Below are positions 25,352 to 39,344 of a DNA stretch of 64,000 nt, in pieces (position 1 is the first letter of the stretch; every line of letters starts with the position of its first letter). Source of the DNA: Octopus vulgaris. Its lineage: Eukaryota. Below the pieces are notes generated by a model that did not search any database, was not told the origin of the DNA, and was given only the letters and a program-made list of their open reading frames with translations. Position numbers and translations under genes: made by a program. The stretch lies in NCBI GenBank assembly GCA_951406725.2, contig OX597833.1, positions 54,436,001-54,500,000 on the forward strand, given 5' to 3'.

Positions 25352-25533
25352 AGATCGTTAGCTACTACACACATTTTTTTCTCTCCTTGTTTTTTCTGTG
25401 TCCCTTTCTGAAGAAGAGCGTAGACTCAAAACATAAAATACTTTTTCTATTCCTGAGCGGTATACTAATACATTTGTTTGTTTGTACTCCACCTGCCTTC
25501 ATCTTTTGTTTATTTTTGTAAACTTTCCCTTTA
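25352..25533 (+). mobile_element. HHR-bearing pLTR-like element (decayed HHR at 25404-25438)
   Basis: TTT-CTGAAGA-A-GAG(CGTAGA)CTC-AAAA-CAT-A-AAA. Confidence 0.6.
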
Positions 25534-25721
25534 TATGTATATATATATATAGTACTCTTTTATGTACACTTTTTTATGTACATTCCTTTATGTACACTGA
25601 TTTGTTCTACTTTTTATATTTAACCCTACAGTCTCTTATGTGGTGGTTTAATAAAGTATGTGATTGAGTATTATCTGGTAATTGATATTTGATTTAGATG
25701 TATTTCTCCATTTTCTTATCT

Positions 25722-25758
<37 letters not shown>

Positions 25759-26542
25759 GACAGGTTTCTTTCAGTTTCCCTCTGACAATTCTACTCACAA
25801 GGTATTGGTTGGCCTGAGGCTATAGTAGAAGACACTTGCCCAAGGTGGCATGCAGTGGGACCGAACCCGAAACCATGTGGTTGGAAAGCAAGCTTCTTAC
25901 CACACAACCAATGTTTCTGTCAGTTTCCATGTACCAAATCCTCTCACAAGGCTTTTGTAGGGCCATGGACTGTAGTAGAACACATTAACCTAAGGTACCA
26001 CACAGTGGAACTGAACCCAAGACCATGACGTTGGGAAGTAGGCTTTTCGACCACATTTATACCTGCGCCTTTCCAAGCCTACACCAACACATATGTATCA
26101 CTAAAAGCAACACAGAAGGACAATAAAGAAAATTAAGGACGATATATAAAACAATGACAAAAGCAGACATGCTCAAGATTGATTAGCGATCTTTGATTTG
26201 TGATCAATTATAATGATTTCTGTTTGACGACTTACGAAGGTATTGAGCTTGTGCGTGTCACTTAGTGTTGTCTATTTTGCTTTGTTCCTTCTAAAACTTC
26301 CTTTCATTGTTCATTTGGAAACTCAATCTATATTTGTTCAATAACAATTTATATTTTCTCAACATTTTATATATACATAGGCGCAGGAGTGGCTGTGTGG
26401 TAAGTAGCTTGCTAACCAACCACATGGTTCCGGGTTCAGTCCCACTGCGTGGCATCTTGGGCAAGTGTCTTCTGCTATAGCCCCGGGCCGACCAATGCCT
26501 TGTGAGTGGATTTGGTAGACGGAAACTGAAAGAAGCCTGTCG

Positions 26543-26577
<35 letters not shown>

Positions 26578-27164
26578 ATTTGTTTGTGTGTCTGTGTTTG
26601 TCCCCCTAGCATTGCTTGACAACCGATGCTGGTGTGTTTACGTCCCCGTCAGTTAGCGGTTCGGCAAAAGAGACTGATAGAATAAGTACTGGGCTTACAA
26701 AGAATAAGTCCCGGGGTCGATTTGCTCAACTAAAAGGCGGTGCTCCAGCATGGCCGCAGTCAAATGACTGAAACAAGTAAAAGAGTAAAAGAGTACATGT
26801 ATGTGTGTGTGAATACACACAAACACACAAATACACACACACACACACACATATATATACATGCACACATATACACATACCCACATATGAATGTGCGAAT
26901 ATATGGATATATATATTCTTTTATTCTTTTCCTCTTTTATTCTTTTACTTATTTCAGTCATTTGACAGTGGCCATGCTGGAGCACCACCTTTCATCAAGC
27001 AAATCAACCCCAGGACTTATTCTTTGTAAGCCTAGTACTTATTCTATTGGTCTCTTTTGCCAAGCCACTAAGTTACGGGGATGAACACACACTAGCATTG
27101 GTTGTCAAGAGATGTTGAGGGGAAAAAACACTGACACAAACATATACACACACATACATATGTA

Positions 27165-27849
27165 CAGGGGTTGGACAAAATAATGGAAAAACTTAGCATC
27201 ATAGCATCATAATTTTGAAATATCTATAAAACTGTCAAAAGATTGTTTATTTTATGTTTTTTGATTTATTATTAGTGTTGCTTAATATGTTTTGCTAAAA
27301 TTGCTGTTTTTGTTTTTAGACATCAACAGAAAAAGGTAATTAAAATTCATTAAAATGACATATCTATTGGACTTTGAAAGAGATAGCTTTGAGGAAGAGG
27401 GCAAAAACCTACTTGTCAAAACAAAACTCCAGAGGAAAACCAAAACTTTCAGATAGGGACCATCAGACTCTTACGCGAATTGTTAGAAAGGATCACAAAA
27501 GTACAGCTCTCAGAATTACAACTGAGCTTAATGACCACCTCAAAAACCCAGTTCCCACAAAAACTGTTTGCCGGGAGCTGCACAAAACTGGATTTCATGG
27601 GAGGGCTGCATTCAGAAAACCACCACTTTCAAAAACAAATGTTGCAAAGCATTTAGAGTGGAGTAAAAACCTACCGAATTGGTCCCTAGGGCAATGGAAG
27701 AATGTTATTTTCTTGGACGAGTCATCCTTTACCTTATTTCCGACCACCAGCCAAGTATACATGTGGAAACAGCCAAAAGAAGCATTTGACCCAGACTACC
27801 TTCTTCCAACTGTTAAACATGGAGAAAGATCTGTGATGATCTGGGGGAC
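27165..27849 (+). mobile_element. Tc1-like transposon, left end and N-terminal transposase pseudogene
   Basis: TA|CAGGGGTTGGACAAAA terminus. ORF has GKPKLSDRD..TVCRELHKTGFHGR..WKNVIFLDESSF..PTVKHG..VMIWG. Confidence 0.85.
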
Positions 27850-27914
27850 AGACGAAGGACAAAGATGAAATAAATAAACAGGATGCAGTCTTAGGGCAGA
27901 CAGAGATGAAAGTA

Positions 27915-28405
27915 TGATACCTAATGCAAGAATCAATGCTCAAGTCTCCTTTCAGAAATTAGAGTGTTTGTACCAAGCTTTGAAGAAAAAAAGATCTGCT
28001 TTAGTGAATCGAAAAAGGAGTGGTGTTTCATCAGGACAATGCGCAACCCCACACTGCAAAGATCACATCACAGATGATCAAAGAGCTTGGTTGGGAAAAA
28101 ATTCCTCATCCACCTTATTCTCCCAACCTTGCTCCTTCAGACTACCATTTGTTTCGTAGTTTACAGAATCATTTGGGAAACATAACTTTCGCAAGCAAGG
28201 AGAGGGTCAAAACTGACATTTCAGAGTTCTTTGCTTTGAAACGAAAAGGGTTTTACATTGATGGGATTAAAAACTTGTAAATAGATGGAAGGAAGTTATA
28301 GATAATCAGGGCAAGTACATTGATGATTAAATTTCAATTAAATCTAACATTTGATCACTTGTTTTCTTTATTCAAAATTCGGACAGAACTTATGAGATGA
28401 CCTGA
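27915..28405 (+). mobile_element. mariner (DD34D) right half, pseudogene
   Basis: HQDNAQPH..HPPYSPNLAPSDYHLF. The right TIR ends GATGACCTGA|TA. Confidence 0.88.
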
Positions 28406-29169
28406 TATTTAACATATCTGCTCTAGTGTATATGTATAAATTGCACAGTACTATTGTACGTTTTACAAACTAATGCAGATATAGAAGGCTAGCTCTTCAG
28501 ATCCACAGAATATCATGGAGATAATGTTAAAGGATATAATGTTAAACCTTAGGTAAATAAGTTATTCTTTATTAAACACAGCTAGTCTGGGAATATTTTG
28601 ATACCACCTCATAGCACTATTGATTCTCAAAATGTGATATAAAATAAGTACAACTTTAATGGATATTGCCAGTTCTTTCTGCGACAACTGATTTCCTTCA
28701 AACCCCAAAATTAAATGGTGAACTCAATGGCCTACATTGAGATGGATTCCAGTTAGGTAAGCATTTAAGTATAAGCAAACAGATGCAGCAACTGATCTGC
28801 CAGATTTTAAAACATGTTTCTGCTAAATCCTTCTAATACCAAAGGTTAATGGAAAGGATGGCTTTCGATTAAAATATGCATGTTAAGCTTTGCTTACAGA
28901 AACACAGATTTAGAGAATATGCTGGTGCTCTTCACACATGTACACATATGAACATGCACACACAAACACAAACACACACATACATACACACACACACATA
29001 AATGTGCATGCTTGCTCACTAGGTACATATTGGATGTGTTTATGTATATAAATATATATCTGTGTAATATGTATGTGTATATATATGTATGCATATATGT
29101 ATATATATGTGTGTGTGTGTGTGTGCATATATTCTTATCTGTGTATATGTATATATATATATATCTGTC

Positions 29170-29208
<39 letters not shown>

Positions 29209-29742
29209 ATGTGTATGTATGTATGTATCTATAGATATATATATGTATATATATATATATATATGCATATAATGTGCATATATATGTATATATATATGTG
29301 TATATACATATCTCTCTCTTTCTCTCTCTCTGTGTTATATATATATATATATATATATATCTAATAGATACATATAATATATATGTACATATATGTGTAA
29401 TATACATACACACACACATATATATATTTATATATACACACACACACTTATACATACATATATACATATACAAACACACACATACACACACATACACACA
29501 CACATACATAGATATATACATTTATATACACTGAAAAGGTTAAGAGGTTTCACGCAAGTAAATCTATGTTAAAAAAAAACGAAAGAAGGAAATATTTTGA
29601 GAACTTTTATCATGGATAAAAAGTAATAAAATATTTACAGTTTTACCAAAATGTAAATAGTTGATATAACTGTAAATACTTCCTTACTTTTATCCGTAAG
29701 AAAGTTCTGAAAAGTATTTCCTTTTTTTCTTCTCTCTTTTCC

Positions 29743-29933
29743 CATCATCATCATCATCATCATCGTCGTCGTCATCATCATCACCATCATCTTCATCACC
29801 ATCACCACCTTCATCGACATCCTCTTCATCAACATCACCACCACTACAAAACCCCACCCCCCCCCCCACCACCACCACTATCATCATCCTCATCATCGTC
29901 GTCATCATCATCATCAACATCACCACCACCATC

Positions 29934-29971
<38 letters not shown>

Positions 29972-30178
29972 TATCCATCATCCTCAGCATCCTATCCATC
30001 ATCATCACCACCACCATCATCATCACCATCATTATTGTCATCATCGACACCACCGCCATCACCACCACCACCACCACCACTATCATCATCCTCATCATCG
30101 TCGTCATCATCATCAACATCACCACCACCATCACCACCGTTATCTTCATCAGCATCATCCTTATCCATCATCATCATC

Positions 30179-30212
<34 letters not shown>

Positions 30213-30348
30213 TCATTATCACCTCCATCACCACCACCATCATCATCACCATCATTATTGTCATCATCATCATCATTGTCAACACCACCGACACCGCCGC
30301 CATCACCACCACCGCCACCACCACCACTATCATCATCATCATCATCAT
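29743..30348. repeat. (CAT/CAC)n degenerate trinucleotide array
   Basis: Direct inspection, with internal block duplications. Confidence 0.9.
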
Positions 30349-30937
30349 TGCCAGCATCATGCTTGCACGAGTTGGACAGTTTGATAGGATTCGGCAAGCC
30401 AGAGAACTGCACCAGGCCCTACTCTCTGTTTTGGGCATGGTATCTATGCCCGGATGCCCTTTTTAATACCAGACATATATATCTATATGAGTGTATGTAT
30501 GTATGTGAAAGTGCATGGCCAATTGGTTAGAGTGTTGCACTCAAGATCATGGTTTCAATTCCCAGCCTGGGCGATATGTACCATTATTATCAGTTTTTTA
30601 AAAACATTCTGGTTATTACTATTATCTCCGCCAGCTGGCAGACACGTTAGCGCGCCAGGCGAAATGCTTAACGGTATTTCGTCTGTCGCTACGTTCTAAG
30701 TTCAAATTCCGCCGTGGACGACTTTGCCTTTCATCCTTTCGGGGTCGATAAATTAAGTACCAGTCCTAGTTTGTCCACTCTATGTTTAGCACCTTGTGGG
30801 TAATAAAGAAATAGGTAAGTAGCTTGCTTACCAACCACATGGTTTCGCACTGGGGTCGATGTAATCGATTTAATCCCTTTGTCTGTCCTTGTTTGTCCCC
30901 TCTATGTTTAACCTCTTGTGGGTAGTAAAGAAATATA

Positions 30938-31313
30938 TTATCTCCGCCTTAGCAAAGGTGGAGGTATTGTTTTCAGTCATGTTTGTACAATTGTTTGTTT
31001 GTTTGTCCATGGACAAGATATCTCAAGAACCACTGGATGGATTCAGATGAAACTTTCGAAGATGTTTGGCCTTACGACTGGCACAAACCGATTAGATTTT
31101 AGGATTGATCCTGCACCGGACAAAGATTCTGGATTATTTTTCTGGTTTTTTTTACTTAATTTTTAAGAGCAGTCAGGTTCATTATTAGTATTCTCGTTTG
31201 TGACAGCAGTCGAGTTTATTTTAGATATTCTCATTTTAAAAATCCTCTCCAGCTAATTGTCGAGAAGACGTTGGTGTCACCATGGCAGAAGTTTACGCTC
31301 TCTGAGAGCTCTT
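30938..31313 (+). mobile_element. Helentron-associated (DINE-1/HINE-like) non-autonomous element
   Basis: 5' hairpin TCTCCGCCTT..AAGGTGGAGG, (TTTG)n, and 3' GGCAGAAGTTTACGCTCTCTGAGAGC. A reverse copy lies at 46978-47312. Confidence 0.6.
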
Positions 31314-33252
31314 ATTATTATTTGGCTTCTTAAGGTCCAATTTATTACCTGAATTACACAGTTCATTTCTAGGGGTATTAGGAATGGTCATATTCAGATT
31401 CATAGGGTGGCGAGCTGGCAGAAACGTTAGCACGCCGGGCGAAATGCTTAGCGGTATTTCGTCTGTCGTTACGTTCTGAGTTCAAATTCCGACTTTGCCT
31501 TTCATCCTTTCGGGGTCGATAAATAAAGTACCAGTTTCCCACTGGAGTCGATGTAATCGACTTAATTCCTTTGTCTGTCCTTGTTTGTCCCCTCTGTGTT
31601 TAGCCCCTTGTGGGTTATAAAGAAATAGGTATTTCGTCTGCCATTACGTTCTGGGTTCAACCCCTCTATGTTTAGCCCCTTGTGGGCAGTAAAGAAATAC
31701 ATATTCAGATTCATAGTGCTAGGATTATCAATACTTCATCTCATATTGCTCTGCAATCGCCTTTGACATCTGACATGTGGTACACTACTAAACCTGTTCA
31801 TGCATCATCAATTTGATGTGAGCTAATGTACAGCACAAGCATTAGACCTCTACAAGCCATGAATCTGTGCAGGTTGTTTAACAAGAGGTTGTGGACACAC
31901 TCATCTTTCGTTTATGACTGGAGAATCCACCATAAATATATGTGCGTATGTATATCTATGTCTGTATATATATAGGTGCAGGAGTGACTGTGTGGTAAGT
32001 AGCTTGATTACCAACCACACAGTTCCGGGTTCAGTCCCACTGCGTGGCACCATGAGCAAGTGTCTTCTACTATAGCTTCGGGGCAACCGAAGCCTTGTGA
32101 GTGGTAGATGGAAACTGAAAAGAAGCCCATCGTATATATGTATATGTATGTGTATGTGTGTGTGTGTGTGTGTGTGTGCATGTGTGTGTGTGTTGTGCCC
32201 GTCATATATATATATATATATCACGTGATCACGTGACCGACCAGACCATCAGATGTTGCTACACATCGCTGATCACAATGCGTTCGCATTGTTTTAGCCT
32301 TCGAATGACGCCACCCCGCTGGCTAAGAGAGCAGGCCAACAGAAGAAATAGTGAGAGAAAGAGTGGTGAAAGAGTACAGCAGGGGTCACCACCCCCTGCC
32401 GGAGCTTCGTGGAGCTTTTAGGTGTTTTCGCTCAATAAAAACTCACAACTACCGGTCTGGGAATCGAAACCACGATCCACATATATATATATATGTATAT
32501 CTATATATATATGTACATATATCTATATATATATGTACATATGTGTATATGTTTGTGTGTCTGTGTTAGCCCCCCTCCCAACATCGCTTGATAACTGATG
32601 CTGGCATGTTTACATAGGGTGGAGTAGTGGGGTCATGGTATGTATTATGGTTTTGCTAATTGTTTTTAGTACCCATGGAGTTACAAGCAGGCAGTAACAT
32701 TCTTTTGGAGCTCCTAACTTTATTTCTTTACTGCCCACAAGGGGCTAAACACAGAGGGGACAAACAAGGACAGACAAATGGATTAAGTCGATTATATCGA
32801 CCACAGTGCGTAACTGGTACTTATTTAATCAGCCCCAAAAAGATGAAAGGCAAAGTCAACCTCAGCGGAATTTGAACTCAGAACGTACTGCCAGATGAAA
32901 TACAGTTAAGCATTTCTCCCGGTGTGCTAACATTTCTGTCAGCTCGCCACCTTCAATAAGAACATTACCATCTTCGTGAAGAAGTATAGGAATGTGGTTC
33001 AAATCTTATCCAGCGCTTGGTACGTATTTGGTATGTATCCAGCACCATGACACCTGATAACAACCAGAGAACAAATTATAAGAAACAGGAGTGGCTGTGT
33101 GGTAAGAAGATTGCTTACCAACCACACGGTTCCGGGTTCAGTCCCACTGCATAGCATCTTGGGCAAGTGTCTTCTGCTATAGCCTCGGGCCGACCAATGC
33201 TTTGTGAGTGGATTTGGTAGACAGAAACTGAAAGAAGCCTGTCGTATATATG

Positions 33253-33283
<31 letters not shown>

Positions 33284-34664
33284 ATATGTTTGTGTGTCTG
33301 TGTTGGTCCCCCTAGCATTGCTTGACAACCGATGCTGGTGTGTTTACGTCCCCGTCACTTAGCGGTTCGGCAAAAGAAACCGATAGTGTAAGTACTGGGC
33401 TTACAAAGAATAAGTCCCGGGGTCGATTCGCTCGACTAAAGGTGGTGCTCCAGCATGGCCGCAAGTCAAATGACTGAAACAAGTAAAAGAGTAAAAGTGT
33501 CATATAGAGTAGGTATAAATATTTTAAATTGTTCAATTGCTAAGGACCAGGTTTATTAGTCTGAGAAACTATAATCATATTAACAATAACTTACCTGAAG
33601 ACACTTATGCTTTTATTGTTGAAAAGATTTGATCCAGGAAAGAAGAACAGGGCCATAATACTTCAAGTTTGTGTGCGAACCCGTTCAGCCTAAAGCAAGC
33701 AGCGCCATAAAACATGTGTCAAATAAAAGTTAAAAATATAAACCAATCAGTATAGGTATAACAAGCCTGATCGAGATATTAACTGGCAGATCAGCTAAAT
33801 CAATAATCTTAGTATTCACCTGTATGGTAAATGATGTTCTGTGAGGTGTGAATCAATGACAGGACACTGGTGTTAATTGGCAGGTGTGAGATAGTTTAAT
33901 GTTTATAGGCTTTTCTCTTCATCTAAGTAGGGACAATGACCGAGGAAGGAAGGAAGCGGCAGAGGCAGGTAAATGCATGGAGCTGGTGGTGGTGGTGGGG
34001 GGTAGCATTGGCATGTCTCTCATCAAAACACAGAATTACCTGTCTTTTTTTTTTTTTGCTTTTTTTTTATTTTAGTAGTTCAATGCGAAGAGATCGTTCT
34101 ATGAACCATGGTTATTAACAAGACTTTGTAACTACCAGCTTATTTTTATTGTTAATACTTTGGTCGCTAACTGTAGACCAAAGAAGTACTTTTGTGCTGA
34201 CGACAGCACAGTATGCTATTGCATACCTCCCTCGGCTGGCAGCGGCGGCAGTGATTGTGATGATGGCGGTGGTGACAGCAGTGGTGGTGGTCATCGCTTG
34301 GCATAAAAATGACACCTTTTATTACATGCCAGTTTCTATTTACAAGACACACAGTTATGTCTCCGTTTCCCCAATTAGAATCGAATGGACACTGCCACAC
34401 CTCCTTACAATGTATTTCCACAAGTCTGCGGAGAATATAAAAATTGCAAATCGAAGGTTAATCTGATATATAAGGTATTATTGTAGTGAACATTGCCTGG
34501 ATCAAATAATGGTCAAAGCTCACATTATCTTTTATGTGGACATTCTAGATATTAAGAAGCAACTAGCAGGCACTCTAATCAAATTGATGGCTTAGAAGAT
34601 GGAAGGAAATTTTAGACTTTGGTAGCTGAAATTTGTGATGTGATTTTCCAGGTATATATGCGTG

Positions 34665-34749
<85 letters not shown>

Positions 34750-35081
34750 GTGTGTGTGTGCTAGTGTGTGTGTGTACATATATACATACATGTATTTGTG
34801 AGTGTATTGTATATATGTATGTGTGTGTATTGATTGTATATATATGTATGTGTGTGTGTGCGTGTGTGTACATATATACATGTATATATATGTGTGTGTA
34901 TGTGTATTGTGTGTGTGTGTATATATATATGTATGTATGTATGCATATATATATATATATGTGTGTGTTCATGTACATAGAGTTGCACATGTATAAGTGA
35001 GATAATTGAGAGTTTATATATGTAAATAGCACATTCACTCTTATGATATCTCTCTCTCTCTATCTCTCTCTCTCTCTATCT

Positions 35082-35117
<36 letters not shown>

Positions 35118-35141
35118 ATATATATATATATATATATAGTT

Positions 35142-35184
<43 letters not shown>

Positions 35185-35278
35185 TAGATAGATAGATAGA
35201 TAGACAGATAAATAAATATCATATACAACATACGTAAATATATGTAATATATATATATATCATATGTACATATGTATG

Positions 35279-35335
<57 letters not shown>

Positions 35336-35864
35336 CACACACATATATATATATACATATAGAAACACCCCCCATGCACACCCCCACACACACGTTCATA
35401 TACATAGATATGCACATGTATATGTCGGGAGTTTATATACATAAATAAGCTCATTCACTCTTTCCTACTCTGTCTATCTGCCTGTCTGTCTGTTTGCTTC
35501 TCTCTCTTTCTCTCTCTCTTTCTACATGTATGTATGTATGTATGTATGTATGGATGGATGGATGGATGGATGGATGGATGTATGTATGTATGGATGGATG
35601 TATGTATGTATGTATATATGTATGTATATATGTATGTATGTATGTATGTGTGTGTCTGTTTATGTGTGAGTGTATATATATATATATACCTACATATATA
35701 TATATGTATGTATAGAGAGAAATGGATAGACAGATAGAGAGGTAGATATTACAGTAAGGTTATGTGTATCTGTGTTTATGTATGCATTTATGCATAAATA
35801 TATATGTGTGTGCATGTGTATGTACATATATATATATATACATGTACGTATACAAGTATGTATT

Positions 35865-35914
<50 letters not shown>

Positions 35915-35989
35915 AATACTTATATATGTTAGCATGTTTCTTGTGTATGTACATATGTATATATACATGTATGTATATAAGTATGTATT

Positions 35990-36025
<36 letters not shown>

Positions 36026-36100
36026 AATACTTATATACGTCAGCGTGGTTCTTGTGTATGTACATATGTATATATACATGTATGTATATAAGTATGTATC

Positions 36101-36140
<40 letters not shown>

Positions 36141-36334
36141 CTTATATACGTCAGCGTGGTTCTTGTGTATGTGAGCTATGTTTAGATGGTGATAAAAGTA
36201 TCCGGTGTTTGTTCCAGTAATGCGGTACCATAACTTTGAGCCATAAAATGAAATTCTACACCAAAGCCAAGGTGTGTATAAGAAACGAAGAAAATCTATT
36301 CTCTGGTTGGGATTTACACAACAACTTGCTCTTT

Positions 36335-36430
36335 TTATTGTCCTTGTCATCATCATTGTCATCGTAATCATGATTATCATCATCGCTTTCATCGTCATCA
36401 TCATCAGCGTCATCATGATCACCATCGTCG

Positions 36431-36469
<39 letters not shown>

Positions 36470-37160
36470 ACATTGTCATCATTATCTTCATCATTGTCCT
36501 TGTCATCATCACCATCATCATCATCGTTATCATCATTATCATCATCGCTATCAGCATCATCATCATCACCATCGTCGTCGTCATCATCATCATCATCATC
36601 ATTGTCATCATTATCTTCATTATTGTCCTTGTCATCATCACCATCATCGTCATCGTTATCATCATTATCATCATCGGTATCATCATCGTCATCATCAGCA
36701 TCATCATCATCACCGTCGTCGTCGTCATCATCATCATCATCAACATTGTCATCATTATCTTCATTATTGTCCTTGTCATCATCATCGCTATCATCATCAA
36801 CATCATCAGCATCATCATCATCACCGTCATCGTCATCATCATCATCATCATCATCAACATTGTCATCATTATCTTCGTCATTGTCCTTTTCATCATAATC
36901 ATCATCGTCATCGTAATCATGATTATCATCATCACCATCATCGTCATCGTTATCATCATTATCATCATCACTATCATCGTCATCATCATCAGTGTCATCA
37001 TCATCACCATCGTCGTCGTCGTCATCATCATCATCATCATTATCATCAACATTGTCATTATTATCTTCATCAATCATAATTATCATCATCGCTATCATCA
37101 TCATGATCATCAGCCTCGTTGTTGTCATCAATGTCGTTGCCGTTGTCATCACTGTTGTTC
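36335..37160. repeat. (CAT)n-derived array with higher-order repeat units
   Basis: Recurring CAACATTGTCATCATTATCTTC units. Confidence 0.9.
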
Positions 37161-37832
37161 TCATTAATGTAATGAGTCCACTTTTCCACACTTGCATGGG
37201 TCAGGCCGAACCTGTTGTGGCAGATTTTCTATGGCTGGATGCTCTTCCTCTCAGCAACCCTCACCTGTTTCCAAGTAAGGCAATATTTCCCCATGGCCAA
37301 AAAGGTTTCATAAAAGACAGGAAATGAACATCACTTTTATAATGATAAAGACAAAAACCTACACACACATTTATATATACAATGGGCTTCATTTACTTTC
37401 AGTCTACCAAATCCACTCACAAAGCTTTGGTCAACCCAAGGCTATAATTGAAGATAAACATGGAGATGTATATATATACATATATATATATATACATCTC
37501 CATGTATATATGTGTATACAGGTGCAGGAGTGGCTGTGTGGTAAATAGCTTGCTTACCAATCACATGGTTCCGGGTTCAGTCCCACTGCATGTCATCTTG
37601 GGCAAATGTCTTCTGCTATAGCCCCAGGCCGACCAATACCTTGTGAGTAGATTTGGTAGACGGAAACTGAAAGAAGCCTGTCATATATATATATGTTTAT
37701 AGTGACTTTATTGCAGTTTTGACTGCTATTTCTAGGCATGTAAGGGTTTTTAATCCTCTCTGTTATAATTGTGATTTATTCACAATTATTGCACTCTTCT
37801 TATATCTATATCTATATCTATATCTTATAGAG

Positions 37833-39306
37833 TAATTAATAAAACATGCCAAAGAACTAGACAACAATACACTGAAAACCACCCAACAACACACACAACC
37901 CCAAAATACTTCCATACATTTCCACCCAAAACCCCAAAAATATCGAAGCATACACCACAATCATACAAAACCTCACTCTACTGTCCACAGACCCAAAAAT
38001 GTATACCATTATCAATACACATAAAATCCTCAAATGTAAAATGCAACATAAATCTTTGAAAAAACTCTTGACAAATGCCAAACTTCACACACCACATCCA
38101 ACCCCATCAGTTAAAAAATGTGCATGCCCAAACTGTGGCACCTGCCCCTTCCTACTTCAAGGCTCTGAATTTATTTTCAAACAAGGAACAAAGTTTAAAA
38201 TCAAGACCAACTTCTCCTGTTCCTCCGAGAACCTTATCTATGTTCTCACATGCGCCGGTTGCCAACATAATTATGTTGGACAAACAAGCCTCCCTTTACG
38301 TAAAAGAGTAGTGGTCCATAAAGAACAAATAAATCTTCCAGAATACCATCAAATTCCACTAAGTAGCCACATAGACTCGTGCACTAAAGACAAAAATCCC
38401 AAACTTTACATATTCCCCTTCTACCAATGTAAAGACAGAATCACTACACAAGAAAAAATTAACAAGGAGAATCTTTTTATTGAAAAATTCATAACGCATC
38501 TTAATATGCAAACTCCATGATGATCATACTTCTTTTTTCTACCTCATTCTTCATGGATGGACTAATACAAATATATAAGGATATCATGCAGTTATCACTT
38601 CAAGCTAAGAATTATATTCTTTATTTATTATTTTATTTTATTATTATTATTATTATTTTTATTATATATGACATAACAATCTGAAATGAAATTATAAATT
38701 GGTTTATGTAAATTTATATAATAAGAAAACAATATAAATAAAGTGTTAAAATCTGAATGTTAAGTTAGCAAACAATTATATAAAAAAGATGATGCAAATG
38801 AAGCTAAAATGATAATTTTATATTTTAAGGTTTATAAACATCCTATCTTACAAAAAACTGATAATCCCAATTGAAGACCATTAAATCACAGGAACTGGAT
38901 AACTCCTACTCCATTTCCTGTTTGGACATTCATTTAACAAACATCCTAAATTAAACACCACATGGAGTTAATCACATGGATCTTAATCCTCCAAGGTAAT
39001 TTTTCCAAGAACTCTCATTGAACTCGAGATACACAAAGACTTTGCAATGTATCGGTATACCTATTTTTAATTTTTGTATATGTTTATTATTTTTTTGCAA
39101 AAAACAATGTAATTTTCTTTTTTCCCCCCTGCTCAATTATAAAAAAAAATTTTCTTTTCACCTTACAATTCTTGAAAAGTCACATTGCGACGAAAACCGG
39201 TTAGAGTTAATATTTAAAAAAAAAATTTTTTTTTAATTTTCCATACCCATTTTCATTAAAATTTACCTTCAATTTAGCATTCTGCCTTTTTATAATTTTT
39301 CCTTGC

Positions 39307-39310
<4 letters not shown>
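37833..39310 (+). mobile_element. Second PLE, 3' fragment (linker + GIY-YIG + pLTR)
   Basis: ORF 37999-38520 has CACPNCGTC..NLIYVLTCAGCQHNYVGQT and is homologous to the C-terminus of 1564-3336. The upstream part is frameshifted. Confidence 0.88.
39167..39208 (+). ncRNA. Minimal hammerhead (U3-A8 variant) in pLTR of second PLE
   Basis: AATTC-TTGAAAA-GTC(ACATTGC)GAC-GAAA-ACCGGT-TA-GAGTT, with palindromic AACCGGTT. Confidence 0.78.

Positions 39311-39344
<34 letters not shown>

Noticed and set aside
33663-33665. In-frame TGA in the candidate minus-strand exon as selenocysteine or readthrough
   Set aside because: No recognisable selenoprotein context or SECIS, and the exon itself is unproven.
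35760-37197. Poly-Asp and poly-Met ORFs resembling acidic biomineralisation proteins
   Set aside because: Several frames on both strands are open across a (CAT)n array. There is no signal peptide or splice context, and the array adjoins an RTE-type tail.
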